DNA of 64,000 bases from Candidatus Multivorans sp. (GTDB taxonomy: Bacteria > Acidobacteriota > Thermoanaerobaculia > Multivoradales > Multivoraceae), in the NCBI GenBank assembly GCA_965247095.1, contig OZ251997.1:1824001-1888000 (forward strand), given 5' to 3'. This document shows positions 18,801 to 28,528 of this stretch, piece after piece (the stretch's first letter is position 1; every line of letters begins with the position of its first letter). The notes beneath the pieces are model-generated. The model was not told where the DNA came from. It searched no databases and saw only the letters and a list, made by a program, of their open reading frames with translations. The position numbers and the translations under genes were made by a program.

Positions 18801-19778
18801 CTATTCCCCCGATCTGTCGTACCGCGTCACCGCCCTCTCCAGCCGTTCCCGCACCAGGTCCACCAACTCCGGCGGTTCCAGCACCTCGACATCCGGGCCG
18901 TAGCGGAGGATCTCGCCCAACAGTTCGTCGACCTCCGAGTACGGCACGGTCAACTCAAGGCGTCCGTCCGGCAAGCGTTGCGTCTCCTGCTGCCCGTGCC
19001 AGCGCTCGTCCGCGACCCATCGGGCCCGTTCCGGCTGGAAACGAAGCCGCGCCTGCCCTCGGACCGGGCCGCTGAACAGGCCGTAGCCGGCCCGGAAGAT
19101 CTCGTTCAGTTCCTCAGTCGACAACTCGCGGGCCGGACGGACGAGGACTTCGGCACAAGTGATCCGGTCGAGCGCAAACGTCCGGAGTGACTCCCGATCC
19201 TCGTCCCAGCAATCCAGGTACCACTGGTCGCGGTAGTACACGAGACGCTGGGGCGACGTGGTGCGCCGGGCCGTCTCGCCGGTCGAACGCGCCTCGTAGG
19301 TGAACGCGAGTTGGCGGCGTTCAACCACAGCGGTCGCCGCGGTCTCGAACACGCGCGCCTCCACGTCTCGCCCGTGCGCGCGCAGGATCCGAAACCGGTG
19401 CGCCGGAAAACGCGCGCCACCGCGGCTGCCTTGATCGAGAATCGCCTGGAAGCGACTTCGGAGCGGGGCGATGAGGTCCTTCAACAGACCAGGCTGAACC
19501 CGGCTCAGAAGCTCGTCCATGACGAGCAACGCCTCCAGCTCGTCCGGGCGGAACCACAAGCCCGGCAACTCGAACGGGCCCGCATCTCGGTCGTAGGACC
19601 AGCCTTGGCCGGGTGCGTTCACGATCGGCGCTCCAAGATGGTCGAGCAGCATGCCGATGGTCCGGAACAAGGTCGAGCGGGAGCATTCGAGCTCCGCCAG
19701 CAGCTCGTTGGCCGACGCGGGATGCCGCCGCGAATCCAGTACGCGGTGCAGCGCGACCATGCGCTCCATCCTGTTCAC
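18801..19778 (-). CDS. HTH-WYL-WCX transcriptional regulator (YafY/PafBC-like)
   Basis: ELECSRSTLFRTI HTH; RTTSPQRLVYYRDQWYLDCW; RTFALDRI; ILRYGPDVEVLEP. Confidence 0.93.
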   Translation of the reverse strand: MNRMERMVALHRVLDSRRHPASANELLAELECSRSTLFRTIGMLLDHLGAPIVNAPGQGWSYDRDAGPFELPGLWFRPDELEALLVMDELLSRVQPGLLKDLIAPLRSRFQAILDQGSRGGARFPAHRFRILRAHGRDVEARVFETAATAVVERRQLAFTYEARSTGETARRTTSPQRLVYYRDQWYLDCWDEDRESLRTFALDRITCAEVLVRPARELSTEELNEIFRAGYGLFSGPVRGQARLRFQPERARWVADERWHGQQETQRLPDGRLELTVPYSEVDELLGEILRYGPDVEVLEPPELVDLVRERLERAVTRYDRSGE

Positions 19779-19820
19779 GATCCTATCTCCGCGCGCCTCG
19801 GCCGGCCCCGCAGCCCTCGG

Positions 19821-21127
19821 TCACATCCCCCACACCGAGATCACCGCATCCCCGGCAACCCCCTCGCGCCGAAAGATCTTCTCCCGCCACGGTCGTTCCT
19901 CCGAGCGGTCGAAGATGACGAGATGCCCGGCCTCGGCGGCACATCGGTCCATGTACGCCGTGGTCTGTTCGATACCTTCGCTGATCGTGCGATCCAGGCT
20001 TTTGCGGAGGATCTTGCACTCGATCACGAACTTCTGCGTCCTGTTCGCCTGAGGCCAGACGACGAGGAGATCGGTGCGGCCCCGGCCCAGACCGTACTCC
20101 CGTTCGATTCGCCCGCCGCCGTTCACGATCCGCTGCAGGAACGCCTGCAGCAAGAGTTGGGGGCCGGCTTCCCGGTAGTCGAATCGCGCCACCCGGTGCT
20201 CGGAGTGCTCTCGGAAAAAGTCCTGGAACACGCCGAGCAGTTTGAAGAGATCGAGACCGCCGTTCTCGTCGACATACCACGCGGTCTCCTGCACCAGGCC
20301 TTCCTGGGCGGCGTAGGTCAGCTCGCGCGGAACGACTTCGGCGTAGATCGGGTTTGCCATCCGCATGGGCCCATCTCGCGCGATCAGGCCCAGGTCGCGG
20401 ACGTACTCGATGTCATGGGCGGAGAAGCAGCGCTCGTCGCCCCCGCTCAGCAGCGGTCCGACCACCGACCGCACCCGCTCTTCCTGGAGCTTGTCCGCGA
20501 GTTGGTCGAGGTGGGTTTCGCGGCTCAGGATGAGCTGTTCCTGCGCGTCCAGGACGGCTTCCGCCGTCACCGGATTCGTCCCATAGCGGCCCTGGTCGTC
20601 ACGAGGACACGCCCGGTAGGCAAGCGCGTTGACGAGCCAAGGCTGCCCACGCGTCTGCCTCCAGACTGTCTCCAGCGCCTCCGGCGTGAATCGCTGTCCG
20701 GTCTCGTCGGTGTGCTGCGTCAGAAGAGAACGCACTTCCCGCTCAGTGAAGTCTCCGAGACGCAAGGACTCTGCCTTGATGTTGAAGGCGCTGCCGCCGG
20801 TGATGATCGCCCTCTCGGCGCTCGAGTGGATGCGGTAGTCGCGCACGTCGCGGACGCCGCAGAGGACGACGCTGTGGGGAAAGTGCGCGGGCCGGTCCAC
20901 GTAGCCGGCCCGCAACTGACGCGGAAGTCCCCGCACTCTCCTTCGTTCAGGAGATCGCGCAACGCCAGGAGTGCGGTCGTCTTTCCCGTCTGCCTCGGCG
21001 CGTGCAGCACGAAGTACCGCTTGTCCCGGACGAGAGTCAACACATGGCCGAGCCGCAGCCGCTCCAGAGGCGGCACGTAGTAGTGGTCCGCCGGAACGAT
21101 GGGGCCGGTGGTATTGAAGAAGCGCAC
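19821..21127 (-). pseudogene. AAA-like ATPase with C-terminal PD-(D/E)XK-like domain; internal deletion and frameshift
   Basis: MRFFNTTGP...APRQTGKTT in one frame; RQLRAGY...GRGRTDL...FVIECK in another; Walker B region absent. Confidence 0.8.
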
Positions 21128-21194
21128 CTCTGGAGTATCGCACTCCGGCCCAGCGCCCGCTCCCTCAGGAACCGGGCCGCGAGTCGCGGAGCGC

Positions 21195-21416
21195 TCAGTC
21201 GGCGTCGCGGTTCGCTCTGGCGGGAGGCCGCAATCCGGTTCCCAGAGCGCCGAACCACAGCTTGAACATCTCCTGCGGATCGGCGTACTTCAGGTTGGCG
21301 GTCATGCGATCCCGGAACTTCTCCAGCATCTCGTTCTGGATCCCCGCCAGATCGGGAAGGCCGAGAAAGGCGCGTGCCTCCTCCGGGGTGCAGTCGATGT
21401 CCAGTTTGATCTTCAA
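21195..21416 (-). CDS. DUF6489-like small protein
   Basis: KIKLDIDCTPEEARAFLGLPD; TTG start with GGAGAA RBS. Confidence 0.75.
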   Translation of the reverse strand: MKIKLDIDCTPEEARAFLGLPDLAGIQNEMLEKFRDRMTANLKYADPQEMFKLWFGALGTGLRPPARANRDAD

Positions 21417-21565
21417 GGGTTCTCCTTCGTCCGAGTTGTGTCCGGCCAGCGGGCCGGCCACGGCCGGTCCTGGGAATGAGACGCCTGCCTGCGGCAGGCG
21501 ATCGCTAGCATACGACCGGCTGTAGCCACACCGGCCCGCGATTCGACACCGAGGGGAAACCGAGC

Positions 21566-23461
21566 ATGAACCAATACCCTGGCTTCAACCGGACCGGCGC
21601 TCTGCGCCGGATGCGGGCAGGATGCCCGCGTTCCCAGGTCCAGAGCCTGCGTCGTCCTGTGGCGCCAGCTCCCAAGGCCGCCATTCGCGCTCCCTTGATC
21701 CTGACCGCCTGCCTGCTCGCCATCGGGGGCGGTCTCCACGCTCAGTCTCCGGCAACGGTGATCCAGGGCGCCCGCGTATTCACCGGAGACGAGGTGCTCA
21801 ATGCCGCCACTGTCGTGATCCGCGGCCGCACGATCGAGTCGGTCACACCGGGCGCCAACATTCCGGCGGGCGCCGGCGACGAGGCCGAGGTCGTCGAGGC
21901 TCAGGGCATGACCCTGCTGCCGGGGCTGATCGACAGCCACACGCACAACTTCGGACCGTCGCTCGAGCAGGCGCTGAACTTCGGCGTCACGACCGTCGTC
22001 GACATGGCGACCGACGCCAACATGGCCCGCCAATGGCGCCGCCAACAGGCCGAGGGCAGAGCCACCGAACGGGCTGATGTCTTCGCGGGCGGCCCAGTCA
22101 CGGTGAAGGGCGGTCACGGCACGCAGTTCGGCATGTCGTTGCCGACCCTGGACGACCCGGAAGAGACCGAGGCGTTCATCGCAGAACGGGTGGCCGAAGG
22201 CTCCGACTTCATCAAGGTCATCTATGAAGGCGGCGGGACGGTCGGTAGGGCCATCCCCACCTTCGCCCCCTCCACCCTGCCCCGCATCGTCGCCGCCGCC
22301 CACAGTCACGGCCAGTTGGCGGTCTTTCACATCAGCACCGTCGCCGAGGCGTTTGAGGCGATTCGTGCCGGCGCCGACGGTCTGGTCCACGTCTATCACG
22401 ACCAGAAGGGCACCGCGGAAGTGGTCGAAGCAGCTCGGTCCGCCCGGATCTTCGTGATTCCCACACTGGCCGTGTCCGAGACGCTCGCTGGCAGCAGCGG
22501 CGGACCGGATTTTGCGGGCGACCCGCAAATCGCGCCCTTCCTGACTCCCGATCAGCGCGGCGGGCTGGGCCAGGGCTTCGGCCGCGAGCCGGATCCCGAG
22601 ATGAGGGCGAACTTGATCAGCAGCGTCGCAGCCCTCTATTCTTCCGGTATACCGATCCTGGCGGGCTCCGACGCACCGAACCCGGGCACCACCCACGGGG
22701 CCAGCGTCCACCGGGAACTCGAACTCCTGGTCGAGGCCGGTCTGACGCCGATCGACGCCCTGCGCGCGGCCACGTCCGCACCCGCCAACGCGTTCGGGCT
22801 CGACGATCGCGGCCGGATCGCGGCCGGACTCAAGGCAGACCTGATCCTGGTCCGGGGCGATGCGACCTCCGATGTCCGCGTCGTCCGCGATCTGGTGACG
22901 ATCTGGAAAGACGGCGTGCGCGTCGAGCGCCGGCTGGCCGAAGAGCCGACCGGCAGGCGCCAGATCGATCCCACGCTGCTCAGCGACTTCGAGGGTCTCG
23001 ACGGAAACGCTCTTCCCGGCAGCGCTTGGGCTCGATCCACGGACGCTCTGGCCGGCGGCAAGTCGACGGTCGAGACGACGATCACGAGCCGCGGCGAGGC
23101 CGGCAGCGCGCTCCGGATCGAGGGCGAGATCAAGGAGGGTTTCCCCTTCCCATGGTCCGGAATCATGGTCCTGCTCGGTTCCCAGTTTAACGACCCGGTC
23201 GACGCCGGCGGCATCCGCGCCCTGGCCTTCGATGCCCGCGGCGATTGCGAGACCTGCCAGGCCATGGCCTTTGCCGAGAGCCTCGGCATGAGGCCCGCGG
23301 CCACGTCCTTCCAGGCCGGGGAGGAATGGACCCGGATCGAGATTCCACTCGCCTCCTTCGCGGGTCTGGATCCTGCTGGCGCGTCTGCCTTCTTCATCGG
23401 CGGCCCTACCGAGCACGGCACCTTCTGGCTGGAAGTCGACAACGTCGAGTTGGTGGAGTAG
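21566..23461 (+). CDS. Secreted amidohydrolase with C-terminal CIA30-like carbohydrate-binding domain (true start probably downstream)
   Basis: LLPGLIDSHTH, ILAGSDAP, GRIAAGLKADL; signal peptide ending LHAQ. Confidence 0.85.
   Translation: MNQYPGFNRTGALRRMRAGCPRSQVQSLRRPVAPAPKAAIRAPLILTACLLAIGGGLHAQSPATVIQGARVFTGDEVLNAATVVIRGRTIESVTPGANIPAGAGDEAEVVEAQGMTLLPGLIDSHTHNFGPSLEQALNFGVTTVVDMATDANMARQWRRQQAEGRATERADVFAGGPVTVKGGHGTQFGMSLPTLDDPEETEAFIAERVAEGSDFIKVIYEGGGTVGRAIPTFAPSTLPRIVAAAHSHGQLAVFHISTVAEAFEAIRAGADGLVHVYHDQKGTAEVVEAARSARIFVIPTLAVSETLAGSSGGPDFAGDPQIAPFLTPDQRGGLGQGFGREPDPEMRANLISSVAALYSSGIPILAGSDAPNPGTTHGASVHRELELLVEAGLTPIDALRAATSAPANAFGLDDRGRIAAGLKADLILVRGDATSDVRVVRDLVTIWKDGVRVERRLAEEPTGRRQIDPTLLSDFEGLDGNALPGSAWARSTDALAGGKSTVETTITSRGEAGSALRIEGEIKEGFPFPWSGIMVLLGSQFNDPVDAGGIRALAFDARGDCETCQAMAFAESLGMRPAATSFQAGEEWTRIEIPLASFAGLDPAGASAFFIGGPTEHGTFWLEVDNVELVE
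21604..21638. repeat. REP-like palindrome family A
   Basis: gcgccggatgcgggcaggatgcccgcgttcccagg. Confidence 0.75.
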
Positions 23462-23474
23462 CTACAATCGCCGA

Positions 23475-24695
23475 ATGTCTGAAGGGTCCTCGCCGGAGAC
23501 AGTCGCCCGCGGCCCGCTACACGGCATTCGCGTTCTCGACTTCACCAGCTTCATCGCCGGCTCTTACGGCGCCATGCTGCTCGGCGACATGGGCGCCGAC
23601 ATCCTGAAGATCGAATCGCTCCACGGCGACAACGCACGCCACTGGGGGCCATTCATCGAGGGCGAGAGCCGGAGTTTCCAGGCCTGGAACCGGAACAAGC
23701 GTGGCATCGCGGTCGATCTGAAGACCGCGGAAGGCAGGCAGGTGGTCTACGACCTGACCCGGGAAGCCGACGTGGCGATGGAGAACTTCCGGCCCGGAGT
23801 CGCAGCCAGACTGGGCATCGACTACGACACGTTGAGCAGCCGCAACCCGGCGCTGGTCTACGCCTCCTCCAGCGCCTTCGGCGGCAGCGGACCGTACACC
23901 CAGCGCCCGGGGTACGACCCGGTGCTGCAGTCGATGGCCGGCGCCGCGCACCTGCAGCAGAAGATGAACGGCGTCGCCGGCATCTGTCCGGTGGCGGTTT
24001 CGGACTACATGGCCGCTGTGCTGCTCGTCTGCTCCATCAACGCCGCGCTCCTCCACCGCGAACGCACCGGCGAAGGCCAGTACATCGAGACCTCGCTGCT
24101 GCAGGCGATCATGAGCGCACAGGCTCAGTTCTACATCCAGCCACTCGATGCCGAAGCCACTGGACCGCCGGGGATCTTCCCGTACCGCATGTTCGCCGCC
24201 GCCGACGGCCCCATCTTCATCGCCGCCGGAACGGACAAGTTCTGGCGACTGCTGTGCGGTGCGATCGGCCGTGACGACCTCGGCGACGATCCACGCTACG
24301 AGACGAACCCGCAACGGGTCGGCAACGCCGCCAAGCTGAGTGCGGAGATCGATCCGATCATCGCCTCAAGGCCGGCGCGCGAGTTGGAAGCGGAGCTCAT
24401 CGAGGTCGGTGTTCCATGCGCCGCGGTCCGGTCGGCGGACGAGTTCTTCGACGATCCCCAGGTCGAGGCGATGGGCATGAGTCAGGTCATCCAACACCCG
24501 AAGATCGGCAACCTGCGGATGGCGGGCGTGCCGTGGCGCTTCTCCCGCACCCCGGCATCCATCCGGAGGCCCGCCCCGTGCCTGGGCGAACACACCGACG
24601 AGGTGCTTGCCGAACTGGGCTACGACACCGAGCGAATCGCCTCGCTCGAGGCCTCCGGCGCCGTGGGGCGCGTCGACGAAACGAACGGCGGCTGA
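23475..24695 (+). CDS. CaiB/BaiF family CoA transferase
   Basis: GPLHGIRVLD, LGDMGADILKIE, NRNKRGI, ENFRPG, RPGYD. Confidence 0.93.
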   Translation: MSEGSSPETVARGPLHGIRVLDFTSFIAGSYGAMLLGDMGADILKIESLHGDNARHWGPFIEGESRSFQAWNRNKRGIAVDLKTAEGRQVVYDLTREADVAMENFRPGVAARLGIDYDTLSSRNPALVYASSSAFGGSGPYTQRPGYDPVLQSMAGAAHLQQKMNGVAGICPVAVSDYMAAVLLVCSINAALLHRERTGEGQYIETSLLQAIMSAQAQFYIQPLDAEATGPPGIFPYRMFAAADGPIFIAAGTDKFWRLLCGAIGRDDLGDDPRYETNPQRVGNAAKLSAEIDPIIASRPARELEAELIEVGVPCAAVRSADEFFDDPQVEAMGMSQVIQHPKIGNLRMAGVPWRFSRTPASIRRPAPCLGEHTDEVLAELGYDTERIASLEASGAVGRVDETNGG

Positions 24696-24732
24696 TGGCG
24701 GTCTCCGGCGCCTCCGCCGATCCGGCAGCGGC

Positions 24733-27045
24733 GTGACGACGGCAGCCCACCACCGGGATCGGGGGCCGCGCGTGGCGGGTTCAGGGCGCACGGTTCCATC
24801 CCGTGTCGTCCTGGTGGGCGCCGGACACACGCATATTCAGGTGCTGCGGCACTGGATCATGCGTCCCAACCCGGCGGTCGACGCCACCCTCGTCGTCGAC
24901 ACGCCAATCGCCGTCTACTCCGGGATGGCGCCCGGCCTGGTGGCCGGCCAGTACCAACGCCACGAACTGGAGATCGACGCCGTGCCGCTGGCGCGCAGGG
25001 CCGGAGTCCGGGTGGTCCTGGCGCCGTGCATCGGGGTCGAGGCCGCGGCGCGGCGGCTCCTGGTCTATGGTCGCGAACCCCTGCCCTTCGACCTGGCGTC
25101 CTTCGACGTGGGCGCCACGGTGGCCGCGCTCGACCTGCCCGGGGTCCGCGAGCACGCGGTTCCCACGCGGCCCATCAACCGCCTGGCGTCGGCGGTCGAC
25201 GGTCACATCGAGGCCCTGACCGTCAAACAGCCGAAGGTGGTTGTCGTCGGTAGTGGCGCCGGCGGTATCGAACTGGCCTTTTGCATCGACGCGCGGCTGC
25301 GAAGCCGGGGACTCGAACCGGGAACGACGATCGTCGAGGCGGGCGACGGCATCCTGCCCGGCTATCACCCATCCCTGGCGCGCCGGATCGAAGCCGCGGC
25401 CCGCACGCGCGGCATCGAGATGCTCTTCAGCGCCAAGGTCACCGCAGTCGAGGCGGACTCGGTTCGACTCGAAGGCGGCGATCGCCTCGAGGCCGACCTG
25501 ACCTTCTGGGTCACGGGCGCCGCCGCGCTGCCGATCTTCCGCGACTCCGACCTGCCGCTCGACGAGCGCGGCTTCGTGCGCACGCGATCGACCCTGCAGG
25601 TCGAGGAGCACGACCACATCTTCGCCGTCGGCGACTGCGCGACCCTGACCGACCACCCCCAACGCGCCCGTGCCGGCGTCTACGCGGTGCGCATGGGGCC
25701 CTATCTCATCGACAACCTGGAGCGGCGCCTCAGCGGGCGGCGGCTCCGCCGCTACAAGCCGCAGGGCGACTTCCTTTCGCTGCTCAATCTCGGCGATGGA
25801 ACGGCTGCAGGCGCCAAGTGGGGACGCACGTTCGAGGGCAGGTGGGTCATGCGTCTGAAGGACCGGATCGACCGCCAGTTCATGGACCGCTTCCAGGCGC
25901 TCGATCCGGGGGGCGCGCCCAGACCCTGGCTCGCCGCCATGACCCAGGCGGAGGGCAACGGCGGCGGAGGCGCCATGGGCCACGCGGGCGGAGGCGAAGC
26001 GGCGCCCATGTTCTGCGGCGGCTGCGCCGCGAAGGTCGGGCCCGATCGCCTCGCCAGGGCGCTCGCGCGGGCGGGCCTGGTCGCGAAGACCGGCCAGAGA
26101 GCCGACGTGATCCTGGATGTGGCCACCCCCGACGACGCCGTGGCGTACCGGACACCGGCCGGCGACCGGGTCGTCGCTTCGCTCGATGCCTTTCCCGCCT
26201 TCACCGACGACCCATGGCTCGTTGGACGAGTAGCCGCGGTCAACGCCTGTTCCGATCTCTACGCCACCGGCATAGTACCCCGGGTCGCCCAAGCCCTGGT
26301 CACCCTGCCCCAGACCGCGGACGGCGAGGCAGCGGAGGAACTGCTGGTCCAGGTCCTCGCCGGCGCCCGCGCGGCCCTGGATGCCGAGGACGTGCTTCTG
26401 CTCGGCGGCCACACGAACACCGGGCCCGAACTGGTCGTCGGCTTCCACGTCGAGGGAGTCGCCGGGAACGGCCACGACCTGCTGCTCAAGGGCGCGGTCC
26501 AGCCGGGTGACGAACTGGTGCTGACCAAGCCGCTCGGCTGCGGCGTCCTGCTCGCTGCCGATCGCATGGGCCTGTGCCCGGGTCGCTCAATCCGCGCCGC
26601 TCTCGCCTCGATGCAGACCAGCAACCGCGGCGCGATGGAGGCGGCCCGGCGCTCCGGGGTCCGGGCGGCAACCGACATCAGCGGCTTCGGTCTCGCCGGC
26701 CACATCGGCGAGATGGCCCAGGCCAGCGGTGTCGACATCGAGGTCGATGTCGATGCTCTCCCTGCCCTACCCGGCGCCCTGGAATTGCTGGAACGCGGCG
26801 AGCGCAGCACGAGTCACCACCAGAACACCCGCCTGCCGCTGCCCGTGAAGCGCCAGGCGTTGCCGGGGCCGCGGCTGGAATTGGCCTTCGACCCGCAGAC
26901 CGCGGGCGGTCTGGTGCTGGCGGTCGAACCGGGTCGGAGCGGAGGCCTGGTCGACGATCTACGCTCCCAGGGACTCGCTTCGGCGCGTGTGGTCGCACGA
27001 GCCCGGCCAGCGCGCTCGGAGCGCCCGCAGTTGATCCTTCGCTAG
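24733..27045 (+). CDS. selD: Selenide,water dikinase fused to an N-terminal FAD/NADH oxidoreductase
   Basis: LVGAGHTH, VGSGAGG, FAVGDC; CGGCAAKV, DDA, SDLYA, GGH, LTKPLG, TDISGFGL, DPQTAGGL. Confidence 0.88.
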   Translation: MTTAAHHRDRGPRVAGSGRTVPSRVVLVGAGHTHIQVLRHWIMRPNPAVDATLVVDTPIAVYSGMAPGLVAGQYQRHELEIDAVPLARRAGVRVVLAPCIGVEAAARRLLVYGREPLPFDLASFDVGATVAALDLPGVREHAVPTRPINRLASAVDGHIEALTVKQPKVVVVGSGAGGIELAFCIDARLRSRGLEPGTTIVEAGDGILPGYHPSLARRIEAAARTRGIEMLFSAKVTAVEADSVRLEGGDRLEADLTFWVTGAAALPIFRDSDLPLDERGFVRTRSTLQVEEHDHIFAVGDCATLTDHPQRARAGVYAVRMGPYLIDNLERRLSGRRLRRYKPQGDFLSLLNLGDGTAAGAKWGRTFEGRWVMRLKDRIDRQFMDRFQALDPGGAPRPWLAAMTQAEGNGGGGAMGHAGGGEAAPMFCGGCAAKVGPDRLARALARAGLVAKTGQRADVILDVATPDDAVAYRTPAGDRVVASLDAFPAFTDDPWLVGRVAAVNACSDLYATGIVPRVAQALVTLPQTADGEAAEELLVQVLAGARAALDAEDVLLLGGHTNTGPELVVGFHVEGVAGNGHDLLLKGAVQPGDELVLTKPLGCGVLLAADRMGLCPGRSIRAALASMQTSNRGAMEAARRSGVRAATDISGFGLAGHIGEMAQASGVDIEVDVDALPALPGALELLERGERSTSHHQNTRLPLPVKRQALPGPRLELAFDPQTAGGLVLAVEPGRSGGLVDDLRSQGLASARVVARARPARSERPQLILR

Positions 27046-27104
27046 CGCCGCCGGGGGTCCACAGAACACGCAAGTAAGGCGTAAATCGTGCTACGCTCCG
27101 CCTC

Positions 27105-28232
27105 ATGATTGCCGCCGACGGCGCCCTCGGCGTTTCACCGCGGCCCGCCACTGCGCCGGCCGGAGCGGTGCGCGGCCGCGGCGCCGCCGCCAACCCGAGG
27201 AACCGCTTCGAACGGATCGATATCGACTTCGAGCCGGGCGAGAGCCCGGCCGAACGAGGCGATGCTCCGCCGACGGAACTGTTCCGCGACGACTCGAAGA
27301 CGGTCCTGTCGCGAAACGACTCGCCGGATCTCGGCTTCCAGTACAGCCTGAATCCGTACCGCGGCTGCGAGCACGGCTGCATCTACTGCTATGCGCGGCC
27401 CACGCACGAGTACCTCGGCTTCTCCGCCGGGCTCGATTTCGAGAGCCGGATCCTGGTCAAGGAAAGAGCGCCCGAATTGCTGCGCCGAGCCCTGGAGAAC
27501 CCCCGCTGGACGCCCCAGGTCATCATGCTCTCCGGCGTCACCGACCCCTACCAGCCGATCGAGCGGCGGCTCCGAGTCACCCGCCGGTGTCTGGAGGTGC
27601 TGGCCGAGTTCCGCAACCCGGTAGCGATCGTGACCAAGAACCATCTTGTGACCCGCGACCTCGACCTGCTCCTGGAACTCAACCGCTTCCAGGCCTGCGC
27701 CGTCCACCTGTCGATCACCTCGGTGTCGCCGTCGCTTTCGGCCCGCATGGAGCCCAGGGCTTCGAGTCCACGGCGGCGGCTGGAAGCACTGCGCGAACTG
27801 AGTGAGGCCGGCATTCCCTGCGGCGTGATGGCGGCGCCGATCATCCCTAGTCTCAACGACGACCAGATCCCGGCCATCCTGGAGGCGGCCGCCGAGGCCG
27901 GCGCCCGGCGAGCGGGCTACATCCTGGTCCGGCTGCCGCACGGTCTTCGAGAACTCTTCGCCGACTGGCTCAGTACGCACTTTCCGGACCGACGGGATCG
28001 GGTTCTGAACCGGCTGCGCGAGGCCCGCGACGGCGACCTCAACGACCCCCGCTTCCACCACCGCATGAAGGGCAGCGGAGAGTACGCCGGGCAGATCGGT
28101 CGCCTGTTCGAGACCGTTCGGCGTCGAGTCGGGCTCGAAGGCGGCCGGAGCGGCCGCACGGGAAGCCCATCGGCAGCCTCGTTCCGGCGCCGGACTGCCC
28201 AGCGAACCCTGTTCCATCCGTGCGCCCGATGA
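27105..28232 (+). CDS. PA0069/Rv2578c-family radical SAM protein
   Basis: SLNPYRGCEHGCIYCYARPTH, TDPYQP. Confidence 0.92.
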   Translation: MIAADGALGVSPRPATAPAGAVRGRGAAANPRNRFERIDIDFEPGESPAERGDAPPTELFRDDSKTVLSRNDSPDLGFQYSLNPYRGCEHGCIYCYARPTHEYLGFSAGLDFESRILVKERAPELLRRALENPRWTPQVIMLSGVTDPYQPIERRLRVTRRCLEVLAEFRNPVAIVTKNHLVTRDLDLLLELNRFQACAVHLSITSVSPSLSARMEPRASSPRRRLEALRELSEAGIPCGVMAAPIIPSLNDDQIPAILEAAAEAGARRAGYILVRLPHGLRELFADWLSTHFPDRRDRVLNRLREARDGDLNDPRFHHRMKGSGEYAGQIGRLFETVRRRVGLEGGRSGRTGSPSAASFRRRTAQRTLFHPCAR

Positions 28233-28234
28233 CG

Positions 28235-28282
28235 GGCGCACGGACTGGTTCACGGGTGGCGCGGGTCGCGCCACCCGGGTTC
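28235..28282. repeat. REP-like palindrome family B
   Basis: ggcgcacggactggttcacgggtggcgcgggtcgcgccacccgggttc. Confidence 0.75.
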
Positions 28283-28360
28283 GAGAACCCCCCGCCGCCG
28301 CCGACGCCGTCATGACCGGCGGCAGTTACAATGGACAATGGGACCCGGTCCCTACTTGGG

Positions 28361-28384
28361 TCTGAGACCGCTCGCTGCTACAAT
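28361..28384 (+). promoter_or_regulatory. Candidate rpsD promoter
   Basis: TCTGAGAC-N10-TACAAT; near-consensus -10 box about 145 nt upstream of the GTG. Confidence 0.4.
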
Positions 28385-28528
28385 GCGCGTCCGCTCGACG
28401 GCGGCAACGGGCCCCTGGAACAGTTGAAACGATAGGTACGCCGGTCGGAGTCGACCCTCGGCAGGCTGATCGGCTCGCTGCCTCCACGCCCATCGATCGG
28501 CAAAGCAAACAGGAAATCGGGGAGACAG

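Noticed and set aside
26005-26040. Selenocysteine codon in selD
   Set aside because: Active-site codons are TGC (Cys); no in-frame TGA
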